A stretch of 64,000 nucleotides of DNA from Lepidodermella squamata (lineage: Eukaryota > Animalia > Gastrotricha): NCBI GenBank assembly GCA_047495785.1, contig JBLDXI010000019.1, positions 2,604,001 to 2,668,000 on the forward strand, written 5' to 3'. The translations under genes were made by a program, and so were the position numbers. This document shows positions 59,842-64,000 of this stretch, piece by piece (positions within the stretch are counted from its first letter, which is position 1; every line of letters begins with the position of its first letter). Below the pieces are notes generated by a model, which did not search any database, was not told the origin of the DNA, and saw only the letters and a program-made list of their open reading frames with translations.

Positions 59842-60386
59842 TTTTATCGAAAAAATATGAATATGTGCGCGGGTACCAAATTTGTTTTCAAGGTTGATCG
59901 TACGCTGTCGCGGATGTGTGTGGTACCTTTAGTATCATTATGGCACAGGCTATAGAAAAGCCTCATGGTTTCCTGTTCCGGCCTTTTTCGAACTTCGAAC
60001 ACTTTGGCGGCGAGACGAGACACTTCCCAGAATCTATTTGTCGTCGCATTTTCTTGTCGTCGAATTATGAAATCTGAACGTGAACATAATTTATGATAAA
60101 AAAACAAATTGTCTCTACCTTTGAGGTCAAAAATAAAGGTTAAAGTTTGAAAGGACAATTCATTTTGCGGTCCTTGCCTTTTTTTAATTTTTGTTTGTTT
60201 TTAATTTTCAATTGAGGATTTTCGGTCGCGTGGCTTTCTACAGATGTGAACCCTGATGACCTCTGCCCCGCCCGGCGTCACGCGACCTTATAACGGCGCC
60301 CAAAATATGACGCCAACCATGAAAGATTCCTCTCCCTCAAATTTCAAACAAAATTTTCAATTATCATTTACAACTTCATTCAAAAC

Positions 60387-63300
60387 ATGCTTCGTTGTAC
60401 TGTAGTAGCGATATTGATCGCTTTGGCTTCATGCCAAGCTGCCCTGGTTCATGATGTCAAGGATCATGATAAGCAAACCGAGCCGGACCGTGACCAGATT
60501 TTCTTCGATTACAACCAGCAATTCGAGGACCCGCGAATTGCTGCGATTCGGAATAATATGCTGGGCGTTGTCGAACCGATGGTTCCTGTTCAGCCTCATC
60601 ATGATGACTACTACGAGCATGAACTTGTCACCGACCACGAGGTTAGCAAACGAGAAAAATTATCCAAAAATTAGCAAAATATTTTGTTATAATACGTCGC
60701 TGAGTTCAACGGACCAAATTTTAGCGGACCAGTGTTTCGGACTAGGTTGGAGGTGTGCCATAGGATTAGTCGATTCCCCCTGAAAAGTGCCATCCAATGA
60801 CCTACTATGCACACCTGAGCTAATTAGCCTCACTCATGCGGTTGCAAACATCCAAGTACTACAACTTGATTCGGTCCGCTAAATTGGGCCCGCCGAGTTC
60901 AACAAAGCCAGGGTTTTTGGAACTCAGCGGACCCTGGTTTAGCGGACCGCTCTGTTTAAAGCAACCCCCTATTAAGATGGAATGCCATTTTGGGTAATAA
61001 TTGATCTCATTAGATGCGCCACACCTTGCCGCACTTGGCACTCAAGTGGCACACTTCGATGGTATCCATGATTAGGATATAAGAGGTGATTAGTGTGGTC
61101 CGCCAAGAAATGGTCCGTTGAACTCAGCGACGTTGTTATAATTCAAACTTTTGAAAATCTTATTTCTTGTCTTTTTTCTCAATTTAGCTAGTTCACGATC
61201 ATGAAGAGGAGCTCGTTAAAAGAATTCACGGCATCAAGCAGGCAAAACCTGTTGAGAAGCAGGAGTCGAAAAAGGAGCATGAAGCCGAGAAAGAGAAGGA
61301 CGTTGCCAAGGCGATTCATGACCAGAATAGGCTTCGCCATCATGCCGATCACTTAGTCGAGGCGAAAAAGCAGGAAAAAGTGGGCGGAGCTCGCATTTAT
61401 TTGACCCTCGAAGAATTGTGGCATTCTTGGATGGCTGGTAAGAAATTAAACAATTACGAGAAACATTTCGAAAAATGAATTACAAAAATAAATAAATTTT
61501 CAAAAATATTATAAAAATATTTTTCTAATTTTTACTAAATTAGCATTTTGGATTTAAAAAATTCTGCAAAAAATGGAAAATTAAAATTCGATTTCAAAAA
61601 TTTGATAATTCTGCGGTGAACTATTTATGATGATTTTTTATTAGTTCATGACCGTCGTTATCAATCAAGCAAGGACGAAACCAAGCGATTCGAGCATTTT
61701 TCCAAGGTCTACAAAATGGTGCGTGACCACAACGAGCGGTACCGCCAGGGCCTTGAGACCTACGACGTTGAGCTGAACCGATTCGCCGACATTCCGCACG
61801 ACGAGTTCCGCAAGACTATGAACGGCTTCAAGCCAGCTAAACGGCACCTGTTGAAGATGGCTGGCGGTTTGAATGGCCACATTGATAACAGGATCGCGTT
61901 TCAGCGTAAATTGGACCGGAAATTGCCGACTCACGTCGACTGGCGCCCGGTTGCTGTCACCCAGGTCAAGGATCAGGGCGCCTGTGGGTGCTGCTGGGCC
62001 TTCTCAACTACGGTATGCTATGAACTGTCCAACTATGAGGCAAAATTATTATCATTCAATCCTAGGATTTTTCAAGTTTTGAAATTTTTGTTTAAATTTT
62101 TGAAATATTTTTTGAAAATTAAAACAATTTTAATTTTAAATTATTTTAGGGATCAATGGAAGGTCAGTACTACATGAAGACGAAGAAGCTGGTTTCGCTT
62201 TCGGAGCAAAATTTGATCGATTGCTCGCAAAAGTATGGCAACGAAGGCTGCAATGGCGGCATTATGGACGAAGCTTTCCAGTACGTCAAGGAAAACGGAA
62301 TCGAGTTCGAATCCGATTATCCTTACGAAGGCCGCGATGGCAAGTGCCGTTTCGACAAAAGCAAGGCTCTCGATGCTAAAGTGACGGCCTACGTCGACAT
62401 TCCAAGCGGTGATGAAGCTGCTCTGGCTGAGGTTAGACCTAAATAGGAATAGGATAGGACCTTTGAACCCTTCGAACTAAGTTCGAAAATCTGGTTTTAA
62501 AGGCCAGGAGTAATTTCTTGTTAATAGATCAGTGACCTAATTTCTCGAAAAGCTGAATCTTATCGTGATTGGATGAGAAGACCAGTGAGTGAGGAAAATT
62601 ACAGCGAAATTTACAAATTGATGCCCAAAATGTAAAAATAATCTAAAATTAGATGAAAAATAGCGAAATTGGTAGCTTTCATTGAGAATCAAGCTTTCAT
62701 TTGAAAATCATATCTCTAAATTTGGCATCTAATTTTCTGATGCTAATTTTAACTTTGACCTGAATTCTGGGGACATGTGACGAGGTAGGAATTCCCAAGA
62801 CTAAATTAAAATTAAATTAAACACTTCGAAGTTTGCTCTATGACACTCCATTCGGGGGCTATTGCCAGCTTAAAACTGAAAGGAAAAAATTTATTGAAAT
62901 TTCGAAATTCGTTAAAATTGCAGAAAATAGGATCCATGATTGTCTAAAAATACGTATTTTGTTGATCAGGATGGTCCATAAGTTGCAAAAATCTTTCGGC
63001 GACCATTCATCCATTTTTTTAATTGATTCTATTAAGGAAATCCCTACCCGTTAGCCGCGATTTCATCAAAAAAGTACCCGACGGTAACTACTTCGGAAAT
63101 TATCGGTATTTTCGTGATGCTAAGATTCATAGCTGCGGCCAATCAGATAGGGCATTGGTGTATTTCCATTGGTTTCGTTCTCATGGGAGATTGTTTAGGT
63201 TTGAGTAGGAAAGGCCGCTTCAGAAAACAGCAATATACAAAATAATCAGCTTCACAATTGAGAAATTTTCTTTCAAAATTAATTCCCCATCTAGGCTTTG

Positions 63301-63698
63301 ATTTTCGCGAAATCAAGCAATTTTCGGTTTTAATTTGTTTTTGAATTTATCAGGCCCTTGCTTTCTATGGCCCGATTTCGGTCGCCATCGACGCCTCACA
63401 TCAATCGCTGCAGTACTACACTGAGGGTGTCTACGCCGAGCCGAAATGCGGCAACACTACAGAGTCGCTGGACCACGCCGTGCTGCTCGTCGGCTACGGC
63501 ACGGACGCGAAGACGAAGCAGGCGTACTGGCTGGTGAAGAACAGCTGGGGCGAGCGGTGGGGCGAGAAGGGCTACGTGCGCATCGCCCGCAACGCCGACA
63601 ACAAGTGCGGCATTGCGACGATGGCGTCGTTCCCGCAGCTCAAGGTGCGCGCCGACTACGACACCAAGTCAGACGACAACGACATGGTCACCTTCTAG
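60387..63698 (+). CDS. Cathepsin L-like papain-family protease (about five exons)
   Basis: Signal peptide, I29-like propeptide (ETKRFEHF...HN, LNRFAD), QGACGCCWAFS, SLSEQNLIDCS, GCNGG, LDHAVLLVGYG and YWLVKNSWG. Confidence 0.93.
60694..61133. mobile_element. MULE-type MITE in cathepsin intron 1
   Basis: TIRs ACGTCGCTGAGTTCAACGGACCA and TGGTCCGTTGAACTCAGCGACGT, with a perfect 9-bp TSD TGTTATAAT (60685-60693 and 61134-61142). Confidence 0.9.
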
Positions 63699-64000
63699 AT
63701 TCTTATTTGAACAACAAATAAATTCAGTCAGAACATCAAACGCTCAAGTTTGTAATTAACTTTTGCTGAAACTAAGTTTTAATTATACTATCTGGTATGA
63801 TGATTATTATATAAGACAACAGCTGTACTTTTCGACATTCGAAACTTTATTATCGCAAGTGAAAAAATGAGGAAAATAAAATTATCTGCATTTTTTAAAA
63901 TGAGGAAAATCGTTGATGCCAATAAAAGGAGAAGACGGTCGAAATTTAGAACGGCAGATCTTCTATGCCACCAAAAACGATGGCATAGAAAATTCGATGA

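Noticed and set aside
1-64000. Assigning the species (gene style is reminiscent of acoels and other compact-intron invertebrates)
   Set aside because: There is no diagnostic marker in the window, so it cannot be determined without a database search.

Overview
Eukaryotic (invertebrate-animal-like) genomic DNA with short GT-AG introns; there are no prokaryotic features and no CRISPR array. Positions 1-26.6 kb hold a minus-strand tandem array of five secreted proteins with four C-type-lectin-like domains (CTLDs) each. Two intronless genes with paired fungal/oomycete-type CBM1 cellulose-binding modules and a frameshifted Cys-loop receptor sit inside the array. All six secreted genes whose 3' end is visible (four CTLD, two CBM1) end in a Thr/Ser mucin stalk plus the same short C-terminal motif (I-[LW]-x-LL-x-K-[YFN]-[GR]-V-[PR]-x-x-G) despite unrelated heads. 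This is the best candidate for an undescribed modular display/sorting system. Next come two intronless GH114 (alpha-1,4-polygalactosaminidase-like) genes, one apparently catalytically dead, and two IRG/IIGP-like GTPases. A PIF/Harbinger transposon with a third, unexplained ORF sits in an intron of one lectin gene. The 31-52 kb region is rich in transposons: a CR1/L2-group LINE, RTE relics, a MULE, a P/hAT-like foldback element and several MITEs. It also hides a SecA-like ATPase pseudogene and a syntaxin fragment. The window ends with an ammonium transporter, a tail-less GABA-B-like class C GPCR and a cathepsin L-like gene. Exon boundaries and all alignments were made by eye, so coordinates of multi-exon genes are approximate.
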